Of a stretch of DNA of 42,556 nt, positions 1 to 42,556 are shown piece by piece. A program made the translations under genes and the position numbers. Origin of the DNA: Octopus bimaculoides (Eukaryota); the NCBI RefSeq assembly GCF_001194135.2, contig NC_068989.1:90798504-90841059 (forward strand), written 5' to 3'. The number at the start of each line of letters is the position of its first letter. Position 1 is the stretch's first letter. Under the pieces are notes generated by a model. It worked only from the letters and a program-made list of their open reading frames with translations. It searched no databases and was not told the origin of the DNA.

Positions 1-54
1 ATATATATATATATATATATATATACATACATATATGTGTATGTATGTATGTAT

Positions 55-262
55 TTGTGTGTTTGTGTCTGTGTTTGTTTTCCTCACAATTGCTTGACAA
101 CCAATGTTGGTGTGTTATGTCCCCCGTAACTTAGCAGTTCGGCAAAAGTGACCAATAGAATAAGTACTAGGCTTACAAAGAATAAGTCCTGGGGGCAATT
201 TGTTCGACCTAAGGTGGTGCTCCAGCATGGCCACAGTCAAATGACTGAAACGAATGAAAGAA
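55..262 (+). mobile_element. SINE family C, 3' half
   Basis: gcttgacaacc..ggtgctccagcatggcc..gtcaaatgactgaaac shared with 17141-17520. Confidence 0.8.
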
Positions 263-704
263 TGCACACACATGCCATCATCACCGTGATCATCATCATC
301 ATCATCTAGTTCTATTCCATTAATCTGGATTACCTCCTGCTTTGGGCTCTTCTTATAGTCTTTTACTTATCGTGTGCCGTCTACATTCTCGTTTAGTGAT
401 GTATGTTATTAGAATCTGGAGAGCATTATGATGTGGCATTGTCACTAACCATCACTAATTCATCCTAATGAAATTTAGTAACTCTTTTACTCATCAAACA
501 TGCCCCCTCTCCCCCTGCTGCAAGATATATGTAGTTGGGTGGCCGAGACATTCAGTTTGCAACCATGAGGATTGGGGTTCGATCCCACATAATGGCGTGC
601 TTAGCAAGTATTTTCTGCTCTTCATCTTGCATTTATACAAAGCCCTCTTTATCATCATCAGTGTCACCTTAATTGTTTTAAAGTATGTATATATATCATC
701 ATCG

Positions 705-1020
705 TTGTTGTCGTTTAACGTCCGCTTTCCATGCTGGCATGGGTTGGACGGTTTGACTGAGGGACGGCGAGCCTGAAGGCTGCACCAGGCTTCGATCTGA
801 TTTGGCAGAGTTTCTACAGCTGGATGCCCTTCTTAACGCCAATTAATCCAAGAGTGTAGTGGGTGCTTTTACGTGCCCCCAGCACAAGGGCCAGTCAGGT
901 GGTACTGGCAATGACCATGCTCAAAAGGTGTTTTTTATGTGCCACTTGCATGGGAGCCAGTCAGGCAGCACTGGCAATGACCATGCTCGAATGTTGTATT
1001 TCACGTGCCACCGGAATGTG
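705..1020 (-). mobile_element. RTE-clade LINE 3' end (family A, (GAT)n tail)
   Basis: catcatc-gtttaacgtccgctttccatgctggcatgggttggacgg motif shared with more than 10 copies; linked to RTE ORF C-terminus at 37545-38035. Confidence 0.75.
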
Positions 1021-1694
1021 AAGATGCACACACTCAGTTAAGGAGCCTTATGTTTTAGGGGGAAAATAAGGGAAGAATCCATGGTTTTAGCTGGGAGATG
1101 TTTGTGGTTGGATGACGATCTTCTGGATGAGGGCCTGGTCTTGGAAGTAAATCACATCAACTTTGTCACCCCTTACATACACACACATGTATGAGCATAA
1201 ATATTACACATGTTTCCAGCAGTGAAATTATGCAAACACGAGCCTTACACATGCCACATACACCTGCATACATGAGACTTACATACACACAATCTCTCTC
1301 GCTCTCTCTCTCACACACACACACACACAGAAGCCGTACAGGTATGCGCGCGCACACACACTGAAGCCTTACATACACATATACATTATAGCTTACAGAA
1401 TTAGATAGGCCTAGTTTTATTTGCCTTACTCTTCTCTTGTCTCTAAAGCCCAATAGGATAGGCATGATTGTCTCAGCTTTGCTCTGCTGCTTTATTGCTC
1501 TGTTTTTGCGTAAAATAAGTCTTTGATGTTTTGGTGTTGTTTGTGTTTGATTTCTGTGTGCAAAGATATTGTGAGATGTGATAAAAAGTGATAATTGTGG
1601 TCTCTCTTTAGCAGTCGTTTTGTGTTTGATGTCTTGCTATTTGTTATTGTGATTAAAACCTACGGTGTGTGTTTGTGTGTGTTGGTGGTTTTAT

Positions 1695-1935
1695 GTGGCA
1701 GTGAAAAAGATAAAATTTAGCCATGAAATAGTATACCTATGTAAAAGGTTATGCTTGCGTGTCATTAGACAAGAATGCATGGTGACTGTGATGTCCAAGT
1801 TTCACCAATAACTGCTCATCATACTCTCTGCCTGATGAGCCACTTTTGGCGAAACTCTGAAGTCACAGCTACTATGTGTTTCTCTGTGATATAATATTTA
1901 GACTGTGATGTTAAATCATTTATTTTTCAGTTAAT
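1695..1935. mobile_element. Probable Penelope-like element pseudo-LTR remnant in inverted arrangement
   Basis: Hammerhead core on +, decayed core on - (1799-1822), and weak inverted similarity of the flanks. The PLE-hammerhead association is established knowledge; the assignment here is inference. Confidence 0.45.
1820..1876 (+). ncRNA. Type I hammerhead ribozyme motif (Penelope-like-element type)
   Basis: CTGATGA 1832-1838; stem II GCCA-cttt-TGGC; GAAA 1851-1854; stem III ACT-ctga-AGT; GTC cleavage triplet 1862-1864; imperfect stem I with a C-A mismatch next to the core. Confidence 0.7.
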
Positions 1936-1963
1936 ATCATTTGTTGTCTTCAAGTTTCTTTAA

Positions 1964-3133
1964 CCCTTTCGTTACTAACCCGGCCGTAGCCGGCCGAAAA
2001 AATTTTTGGTTCATAAGACTAACCCGGCCGTAGCCGGCCGTGCATACCTATTGTTATTTAAATGTATATTTGAACCCAAATCTCGTTAATACATTCGTTA
2101 AAACACCTGATTTCACTTTGCAAACAGTTAAGTTATTGTCTCCGACATTGTTTGGCGTGATATTTGAACTCAGGGAATTTTGGAAGATTTTTTTCCACAT
2201 TTTTTGCGGCGTTGATTTTTTTCAACTTTGAAGATGGAGAGGAGTTTCATGCTATCAAGCAGTGATTCCAAATTTGAAGGTTTTTCAACAGAAGATATAG
2301 NNNNNNNNNNNNNNNNNNNNNNNNNNNNNNNNNNNNNNNNNNNNNNNNNNNNNNNNNNNNNNNNNNNNNNNNNNNNNNNNNNNNNNNNNNNNNNNNNNNN
2401 NNNNNNNNNNNNNNNNNNNNNNNNNNNNNNNNNNNNNNNNNNNNNNNNNNNNNNNNNNNNNNNNNNNNNNNNNNNNNNNNNNNNNNNNNNNNNNNNNNNN
2501 NNNNNNNNNNNNNNNNNNNNNNNNNNNNNNNNNNNNNNNNNNNNNNNNNNNNNNNNNNNNNNNNNNNNNNNNNNNNNNNNNNNNNNNNNNNNNNNNNNNN
2601 NNNNNNNNNNNNNNNNNNNNNNNNNNNNNNNNNNNNNNNNNNNNNNNNNNNNNNNNNNNNNNNNNNNNNNNNNNNNNNNNNNNNNNNNNNNNNNNNNNNN
2701 NNNNNNNNNNNNNNNNNNNNNNNNNNNNNNNNNNNNNNNNNNNNNNNNNNNNNNNNNNNNNNNNNNNNNNNNNNNNNNNNNNNNNNNNNNNNNNNNNNNN
2801 NNNNNNNNNNNNNNNNNNNNNNNNNNNNNNNNNNNNNNNNNNNNNNNNNNNNNNNNNNNNNNNNNNNNNNNNNNNNNNNNNNNNNNNNNNNNNNNNNNNN
2901 NNNNNNNNNNNNNNNNNNNNNNNNNNNNNNNNNNNNNNNNNNNNNNNNNNNNNNNNNNNNNNNNNNNNNNNNNNNNNNNNNNNNNNNNNNNNNNNNNNNN
3001 NNNNNNNNNNNNNNNNNNNNNNNNNNNNNNNNNNNNNNNNNNNNNNNNNNNNNNNNNNNNNNNNNNNNNNNNNNNNNNNNNNNNNNNNNNNNNNNNNNNN
3101 NNNNNNNNNNNNNNNNNNNNNNNNNNNNNAGGG
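1964..3133. mobile_element. piggyBac-type DNA element spanning an assembly gap
   Basis: TTAA (1960-1963) + CCCTTT at left, AGGG + TTAA (3134-3137) at right; 23-bp subterminal direct repeat at 1974-1996 and 2018-2040. The interior is N. Confidence 0.55.
2301..3129. other. Assembly gap (N run)
   Basis: Seen directly. Confidence 1.
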
Positions 3134-3334
3134 TTAAAAATACTAACACCACTTGTATTTATTGTATACATATTATTATTGTTATTTTTATTTTTATTGT
3201 TATTATTATTTATGTTCTGAGTTCCAATCCCAATGAGGTTAGCTTTGCCTTTCATACTGTCAGGGTTGATAAAATAAGGTATTAGTCATTTACTGGGGTT
3301 GATGGCATCAACTAATTTCCTTCCTTAAATTAGA

Positions 3335-3412
<78 letters not shown>

Positions 3413-3440
3413 GATAATGATAATAATAATAATGATAATA
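3335..3440. repeat. (TAA/TGA)n microsatellite between SINE B fragments
   Basis: Seen directly. Confidence 0.9.
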
Positions 3441-4680
3441 ATTTTCCTTCCTATCATAGGCAAAAGGCGTGAAATTTCAGAGGAAGGCGTACATTGATAA
3501 CACTGGGGGCTGTGCTCAACTGGTATTTATTCCATTGACCCCGAAAGCATAAACAGTAAATAAGTACCAGTTGAGCACAGGTGCCAATGTAATCAACCTA
3601 CCTTCTCCCCCAAAATTTCAGGTCTTATGCGTAGAATAGAAAGGATTATTATTATCATTATTATTATTATTATTATTATTATTAGTAGTAGTAGTAGTAG
3701 TAATTGTGGTAGTAGTAATAGTAGTAGTAGTTGTAGTAGCAGTAGTTGTAGTAGCATCAGCTGCTGCAATAATCAGATGGTGGATGTGCAGAATTGTTAA
3801 GGTGCAAGAACAATTTCTTGTGATATTTGTTTTGGTTATTTATGATTTGAGTTCAAATTCTGTTGGGGTCCAAATCTGCTTTTTACCCTTCTGGGTCTCA
3901 ATAAAATAAAATACTACTTAGGTACTTTAAATTAATTTAACCAACTGTCTTCTATTCTCCTGAGATTTCTAGGCTTGAGCCTAATTAAGCAATTAAGTTA
4001 CAGGTGATCCAAAGGTATGACCATCCCATTTAGTTTCCTGTATATGTAGAACACGATTGTTTGGTATGTCCTTCATTTTTTTAAAGACAGTAGAGGATGA
4101 TTTAAGAAAGATTTGATTACTATTTCTAGCCTTAAGTGAACAGAGGTAACCACCACATTTACTCAGGTACAAGTCACATCCCTAACTTAGTATTAAATCT
4201 TGGTACAAAATTTTTCCCCTTCATAGTCCTAGCTTTGCTCCATTTATGAGTCGCGTCCCAGTTTTTTTCCAGTTAAGATCAAATATAGAATATTGTGACT
4301 TACAGATGTGATTCAGTGTCGAAAAGCAAAAGCTTCCCATATTTATATTGGGGTATATATACTCTATGGTATACCATCTGCCATGCATTATGTTATATAT
4401 GCATCTACATGTGTGTGTGTGTGTGCATACACATATGTATATGTGTACATGCATAGTGCATGTGTGCACATACATTCAGATAATTTACTACATTTTGTTG
4501 TTTCCTGTAATCTTATTCTGCCATTGCATTTATTGCATATGCATCGTGTTGTACTTCATTGCATCTTGTACTCTGTTATATCATATTGTACTCTATTGCA
4601 TTGTGCTGTACTCCATTTGCATCATGTTCCATTCTATTTGCATTGTGTTGTCCCCATTTGCATTTTGTTGTTAATCAGTT

Positions 4681-4830
4681 GCATCATGTGGTACTCCACC
4701 ACATCATGTTGTACTCTATCACATCATGTTGTACTCTATCGCATCATGTTGTACTCTATCACATCATGTTGTACTCCACCACATCATGTTGTACTCTATC
4801 GCATCATGTTGTACTCTATCGCATCATGTT
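4681..4830. repeat. 20-bp minisatellite RCATCATGTTGTACTCYAYC, about 7.5 copies, inside a degenerate halo (about 4480-5090)
   Basis: Units align with the 10-base columns of lines 4681-4801. Confidence 0.92.
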
Positions 4831-6179
4831 TTCATTGCATCATACTGTACTCTCTCATGCCATGCTATCTTCATCACATCACGTTGTTATCTTTTGCATC
4901 ATGTATTTCATTGAATTATGTTATATGCCATTGTATTAAGCTGCACTCCATTACATCAGGTTGTACTCTATTGCATTAGGTTGTACTCCATTGCATCATG
5001 CTGTACTCTACTGTACCATGTAATGCATTGCATTGCATTGTACTCCATTGCATCATGTATGTTCCAGCATTCCATTGCATCATGTGACTTTTCATCTTCC
5101 TGTTGCAACACATTTCCACCAACACATTCCAGTTGTCTCTCGCCATAATTCCCCTCCAACCCCCCCCCCCTCGTACATTTCTCCTATGTGACCCCCCCCT
5201 GCTTCCTTACAATCTTTTCATTTCCATAAGCAATCATTAGCCCAACCCCAATAAAAGTGACACTTCCTCAGTCACTCACCCTGTTAGAGATAGCAGTCAT
5301 TCTCTGTCAAATGACACTCTACTGTCTGAAAAACAATGGAAGGACACATGGGATGTAGGGTCCAAAATACATAATATAGATGGACTGTTCTCAAATAAAG
5401 ACAGGATGGTCATAGCTGGAATGTCTAGGATTGTAGATCTGCTGCATCTGGTCTGACTTGGGACAAAACAACAACAAGAAGGGCAAAACCAATGAGAGCT
5501 CTTCTCTGTCATTGCTTGACCTGCAAGAAATAGCAGAGAAATCTCCTTTAAATCAAACCCTATTGTTTAAAAAAAGGAAGGACATACTGATAATGTAGTC
5601 CTTGGTACACTATGCCTGAACAAACAATGGGATAATCATGACTAGAATGTCTTTGATTGACCGTGGTTGATCTGGGGTCAGTCAGCTAGGAAAACAGAAG
5701 CAGCAGTAGTCTCAGGAGCAGTTATTATATACTCCCCCCTCACTCGTCTCCCTCATTCCCCTCTGTAATGAGTCATCACCACTGTCTTGGAGAAAAAGAA
5801 CCAAAGTTCTTAAGACAATGGCAGAATCAGCTGATAAGAGTTCCAACTGGAAATGGACAAAGACGAACAGCAGTGAATTTTGAACGACATAATTTACCTG
5901 ACACTCACCTGCGCTCTTAGTCTGCACTGATCCCAACACCAAGGTACCTAGGCTCTGGAGGACCTCCAGCACCCAGAAGAGTTGCAATGCAGACAATAGC
6001 ATAGAATGTAGGGACAGAATGGTATTCAGGAGTCATGACATGGAAGCAAACTGGTTCTTATGTAGTGTAACGAGTTCAGGGCCAAAACATTTGTATGGGG
6101 TGGGGGTGATTCTTTGAAGACCTCTGCTGTTCAGCTCTCCCAGGAGTTTCTTTCTACCAATGGTGTTGGTATTAATTAA

Positions 6180-6390
6180 CCCTTTAGCATTCTGCATTAC
6201 TCTATGAAATTTAAGGTTTATTTATTTGCCTTGTTTTAAATTAATCATGCATTATCGTATACCATTTCAATGGTATGATTGTGTAGCTTTTGAATGACAT
6301 TGTAGAGTAGGTATGCAAAGCCAGATCTGGCCAGTCGAAACAGGTAGTATATTTGAGCCAGATAGAACCTGTTTGAATATCAAAGAGCCA
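6180..6390. mobile_element. TTAA-CCCT-ended MITE family (other copies 34733-34930 and 42023-42190)
   Basis: ttaaccctttagcatt start; interior shared with 34733 and, reverse-complemented, with 42023. Confidence 0.6.
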
Positions 6391-6914
6391 ATGCTGTTCC
6401 AAAATTGATATTCTAGAAAATATGAGAAAGACAGAAAAGGTTGGTGGAAGTTAGTGGTAGGAAATTACAAAGCATTTTGTTTAAATTGAAAAAAAAAAAA
6501 ATACTATTTACTGTTTTGTTATTTTTTTATTGTCTTTGTATTATATATTTTATTTCTTTTGTGTTTGTCGATGCAAATTGTATTGTTTTCTTGCATTTTG
6601 TATTTTATATATTTTTTGTTTACATTCTACAGATAAATTGTCTTTTCTTCTTATAAATGTTGTTGTTGTTGTTATACTGAAGACTGTGTGAATTGAGAGA
6701 TTCGTCAGCGCATTGAACAAAACACCTTGTGGTATTTACTGCTGTTGATATTCTCAGTTTCAATCCCATTGATGTTAGTTTTGCTTTTGGTCCCCTTGGA
6801 GTTTGATAAAATAAAATGCCAGTCAAGTCCTAGGACCGGTGGTTTCAACTAATGCCCCCCCCCCCCGCCTCAAAATTGCTGTCTTTGTATCTAAACCAGG
6901 CATAAGAATAACAA

Positions 6915-7345
6915 CAATAATAATGGTTTCAAAAGTTAACACAAGGCCAGCAATTTTGGGAGGGAGTGGGTAAGTCGACTACATTCACCCCAGTGCGTAA
7001 CAGGTACTTATTTTATCAACCCTGGGAAAAATGAAAGATAAAGTCAACCTCGGCAGAATTTGACCTCAGAGTGTGAAGATGGACAAAGTGCTGCTAAGCA
7101 TTTAGCCCAGCATGCTTACGATTCTGTCATCCTTTTTAGTGGAAGCACAAGGCCTCAAATTTTGGGGAAGGGATTAAGTCGATTACGTCGACCCCAGTGC
7201 GTAGCTGGTATTTATTTAATCGACCCTGAAAGGATGAAAGGCAAAGTTGACCCTGGCAGAATTTGAACTTGGAATGTAGTGGCAGATGAAATACCGCTAA
7301 GCATTTCACCTGGCGTGCTAATGATTCTGCTAGCTTGCCACCTGA
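6915..7345 (-). mobile_element. Two tandem copies of tRNA-like SINE family B
   Basis: Reverse complement of gctggcagaatc..ttagc..gagttcaaatt..ctttcatcctt..ggggtcgataaa motif, twice. Confidence 0.8.
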
Positions 7346-7559
7346 GCAACAATAATAATAATAAATTATTATTATTATTGAAGTTGGTGAACTGGCACAA
7401 TTGTTGGAGTGTCCGAAAAATTATTTTACAGTTTTTGTTTCAGCTTTGAGTTCAAATCCAACTAGGTCAACTTTGTCAATCATCCTCTTGGGGTTGATGA
7501 AATAAAGTACCCAAGATGTACTGGGGTCAATTGAATTGCTGTATTTAGGAGACTTAGGT

Positions 7560-7840
7560 CTGAACCAAACCCTGGAACCCATATAGCCCTAGCTTAGCCT
7601 GGTTTCTATGGCATGTATATGTCTGAGATTATAACACTCCCCCTGAACGGGATGCCAGTCCATTGCAGGTTTAACTTTCCCCACTCTTGCTGGAACTCGC
7701 ATACAGCTGAGCAAACTGGAGCAACATGAAATTAAGTGTTTTGCTCAAGAACACATTAAACCACACAGTCTGGGAATTGAAACTGCGATTTTGTGATTGT
7801 GAGTTTAATACCTAAACCACTAGACCATGTACCCTCACTA
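7560..7840 (-). mobile_element. Further tRNA-like SINE (related copy about 41770-41920)
   Basis: Shared ctggagcaa..tgaaatXaagtgtttt.ctc..gaacac..gggaattgaaac..cgat..gtgagt..aaccacta between the two loci. Confidence 0.55.
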
Positions 7841-9503
7841 GAATTGTTGGCCTGGCACCTAAATTAGAAACTGCTACCGCTGTTTCCACACTGATGACCA
7901 CCGCTACCACTATTAGTACTAGCATGTTGGACATCAGAATTAGTTGTGTGGTAAGCAAATGTTTTTACGCTCCAAATTCCGTTCTCTCTGAGGGTGAACT
8001 GTGTCTTTCATGTTTCCTGGCTCAGTGAAATAAGCACCAATCAGGATGTGGGTTTGGTAAACTCTACCACATCCCTCCCTCTATGCCTCCCCTAGCCTCT
8101 CATCCCTCCCACTTGTCTCCATTTCTTACGTCTGCTCTTGTTTGAAAAAGAAATCTTTTTGGACCCATAGAACACAAGACCACAACATGCCTGGCCTTAA
8201 AATTGAACCATTGACCCCGTGGTTCTCAGCCCAATGCTCTAACCTCTCAACAACACGCCTTCATCTGTCAATGCCCAGGGTCACCATTTGCAACTGGCTG
8301 TAAAAACTAACTGCCCTTTGGTGTATCATGATAACCCAGGGTTAGGTGTGAGATGCCCCAGAATTTCCGCAGCGTTGCTGACCCCCCCTCACCACCTCGC
8401 AACTATTTTGTAAATTCTGTCTTGTTTTTATGTTGTTGTTGTTATCTATTAATGTATTGTTTGTGTTATTGTTGTTCTACCCTTCCCCCCACCACCGTGT
8501 TGATCCCTTTTAATCCACTGCTGTATCTTATGTTGATGTTTTCCTTTATATTTCATCTTGGGCCCTTTTAGCTAGTAAAAGAAGGTATTATTATCATTAT
8601 TATTATTGTTGTTGTTATTGTAATTAATACAGCTGTGTATTGTTGTTCTTTATTTTATCAAATAATTTGTTTACACAACTGTATTGTGTTACAGTGTCTG
8701 TGTGTATGTGTGAAAGAGAGAGTGTGTTTGTGTAGCAGCATAAATGCATGTTTGGGCTTAAGAAATACCAGTCCTATACCACTGGTTTCATATAGTTCCA
8801 CATGTTTATAGTGGTCCCTGTTAATCTACAGCTGGGTTATTGCTGGTTGAAATAATTACAGAGAAGCATTTTGTTTCTTAAAGACATCCTTTGATTCCAT
8901 GGTGATGGTGGTGGTGGTAGGTATACATTCTTATACAGTTTTGGTTGTATGTTTGTGCGTGTATGTTTGTAAAATGTTTGTGTGCATATAAGTACGTATG
9001 AATATGTATGTGCATGTGCACACATGTTTGTACATACTTGTATACATACACGCATGTCTTATATCATAAATACACACATGTACACACATACAATAATGTT
9101 TCTATTCATTTTTAACCCACTTTGGTGGATTCAAATCTGAATGTCTGATTGTTGTTGTTTTTTGCCCTCAGAGATCACCTCCACTTTTCGGACAATTTGT
9201 GTTCACAATTTACTCAATCCACTGGTTGGCTGGTGTAATGGGACTTCATGAGACCTTGATGTTTCGACCTCATTGTGTGTCTCCTCAGCCAAAGCTACTG
9301 CATCAGTCCAATGAATGTAACAAGAGCCCAAACTCAGCAAAGGGTGGAGGTGTTCTCTGATGATGAAAAACAACAGCAATAAAATATTCATATTCGAAAC
9401 TGCTAGAATATATTGAGAATGAATAGATATGTTGTTGTTTGGAAGCTCGCTGTTCTGCACACACACCATGAATATATGTGGATTGATTTCTCTGATTTTG
9501 TAG

Positions 9504-41309
<31,806 letters not shown>

Positions 41310-41315
41310 GTGAGT

Positions 41316-41524
41316 CTTTACTCTCTTTTACTTGTTTCAGTCATTTGACTGTGGCCATGCTGGAGCACCGCCTTTTAGTCGAGCAAATCGACCCCAGGAC
41401 TTATTCTTTGGAAGCCTAGTACTTATTCTATCGGTCTCTTTTGCCGAACTGCAAAGTGACGGGGACATAAGCACACCAGCATCGGTTATCAAGCAATGCT
41501 AGAGGGACAAACCCAGACACACAA

Positions 41525-41565
<41 letters not shown>

Positions 41566-41736
41566 CATATATATGACGGGCTTCTTTCAGTTTCCATCTA
41601 CCAAATCCACTCACAAGGCTTTGGTTGACCCGAGGCTATAGTAGAAGACACTTGCCCAAGATGCCACGCAGTGGGACTGAACCCGGAACCATGTGGTTGG
41701 TAAGCAAGCTACTTACCACACAGCCATTCCTGCGCC
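41316..41736 (-). mobile_element. Full-length SINE family C, antisense, tail abutting the exon P donor
   Basis: Reverse complement of 17141-17520. Confidence 0.85.
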
Positions 41737-42199
41737 TAAGTATATTTCTCAGTTTTTGTTATATACATCATCATCATTTTTGCCAGCTGAGTGGACTGGA
41801 GCAATGTGAAATGAAGTGTTTTACTCTGGAACACATCGCATTGCCCAGTTCGGGAATTGAAACCACAATCTCACGATCATGAGTCCAACACCCTAACCAC
41901 TAAGCTACGCACCTCTCCAGTTGTATTTCTAACTGAAATTCTGTGAATTGTAATTATTGGTTTCTTTTACTGATTTTCAAGTTATCAGTTTAATTAGTGA
42001 GATAAATTTGTATTCCTATTAACCCTTCAGCATTTAAACTGGCTCCAAAATATTCTCCCTGTTTTATGTTCAGACCAGCCAGATCTGACCTCTCCCAACT
42101 ATTCTGCAGTGTTTTTGTAAAAATAAACAGTCACATCATTGAAATCTCAAAGCTGGGAAATAATCCATGGTTAATTCAAAACAATGCGAGTAAGACTGT

Positions 42200-42375
42200 G
42201 TCACGTAAAAAGCACCCAATACGCTCTGTAAAGTGGTTGGCATTAGGAAGGGCATCCAGCTGTAGAAACCAAGCCAAATGAAACAATGGGACCTGGTGTG
42301 GTTCCTGATCTTACCAGCCTCTGTTAAACCGTCCAACCCATGCCAGCAGGGAAAGCTGATATTAAATGATGATGA
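42200..42375 (+). mobile_element. RTE family-A 3' end interrupting a TTAA MITE
   Basis: Family motif with gatgatgat tail following the 42023 MITE fragment. Confidence 0.7.
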
Positions 42376-42556
42376 TTTGCCAACACATAATACAATGTTG
42401 ACAGCCTTGTTCCTCTTGTCTTTTTTTATTCTTATATTCTTATATTTGTGGTGGAACAAGGAGGTAGGTGGTGGAACAAGGAGGTAGACAGGGCTATTAG
42501 ACAAAAGAAACAGGCTTGGAAGGACTGGAAGAACGGTGGTAGCAGGGAATTGTACC

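Noticed and set aside
2170-3255. Long ORFs made of X (also 13303-13968 and 14800-15609)
   Set aside because: Artefacts of N gaps.
4221-5159. Cys/His-rich repetitive ORFs resembling metal-binding proteins
   Set aside because: Translations of the 20-bp minisatellite and (TG)n; open in several frames, no splice signals or phase fit.
5297-6050. Moderately GC-rich stretches with 70-96 aa ORFs
   Set aside because: No recognisable motif; + frames have stops; part is shared with dispersed repeat fragments (about 4020-4140, 39390-39440).
9172-9360. Strong acceptor (ttttttgccctcag) followed by 62 open codons just upstream of exon A
   Set aside because: No good donor in a phase compatible with exon A (only a weak GTAATG), and no coiled-coil character. 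It could be a UTR or alternative exon but cannot be supported.

Overview
AT-rich, microsatellite-dense animal genomic DNA with four assembly gaps. The repeat families look like those of an octopus or other coleoid cephalopod; this is pattern recognition, not a database result. The window holds the middle of one large + strand gene. I reconstructed 16 GT-AG exons between 9504 and 41309 that splice into one open frame (4275 nt, 1425 aa; neither start nor stop codon is in the window). The product is a giant coiled-coil scaffold of the AKAP9/pericentrin (PACT-domain) family. Introns are filled with RTE-LINE 3' ends, two tRNA-like SINE families, mariner and maT remnants, and hAT- and piggyBac-type MITEs. 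Nearly all other entries in the ORF track are microsatellite, gap or antisense artefacts. I found no novel multi-gene system. The best leads are RNA-level: a sense-strand hammerhead ribozyme motif (1820-1876), a candidate 21-nt one-heptad microexon (31859-31879), two near-perfect transposon-derived fold-back hairpins inside introns (25963-26539, 35912-36101), a distant branch point, and a duplicated protein module whose two copies differ in intron content.
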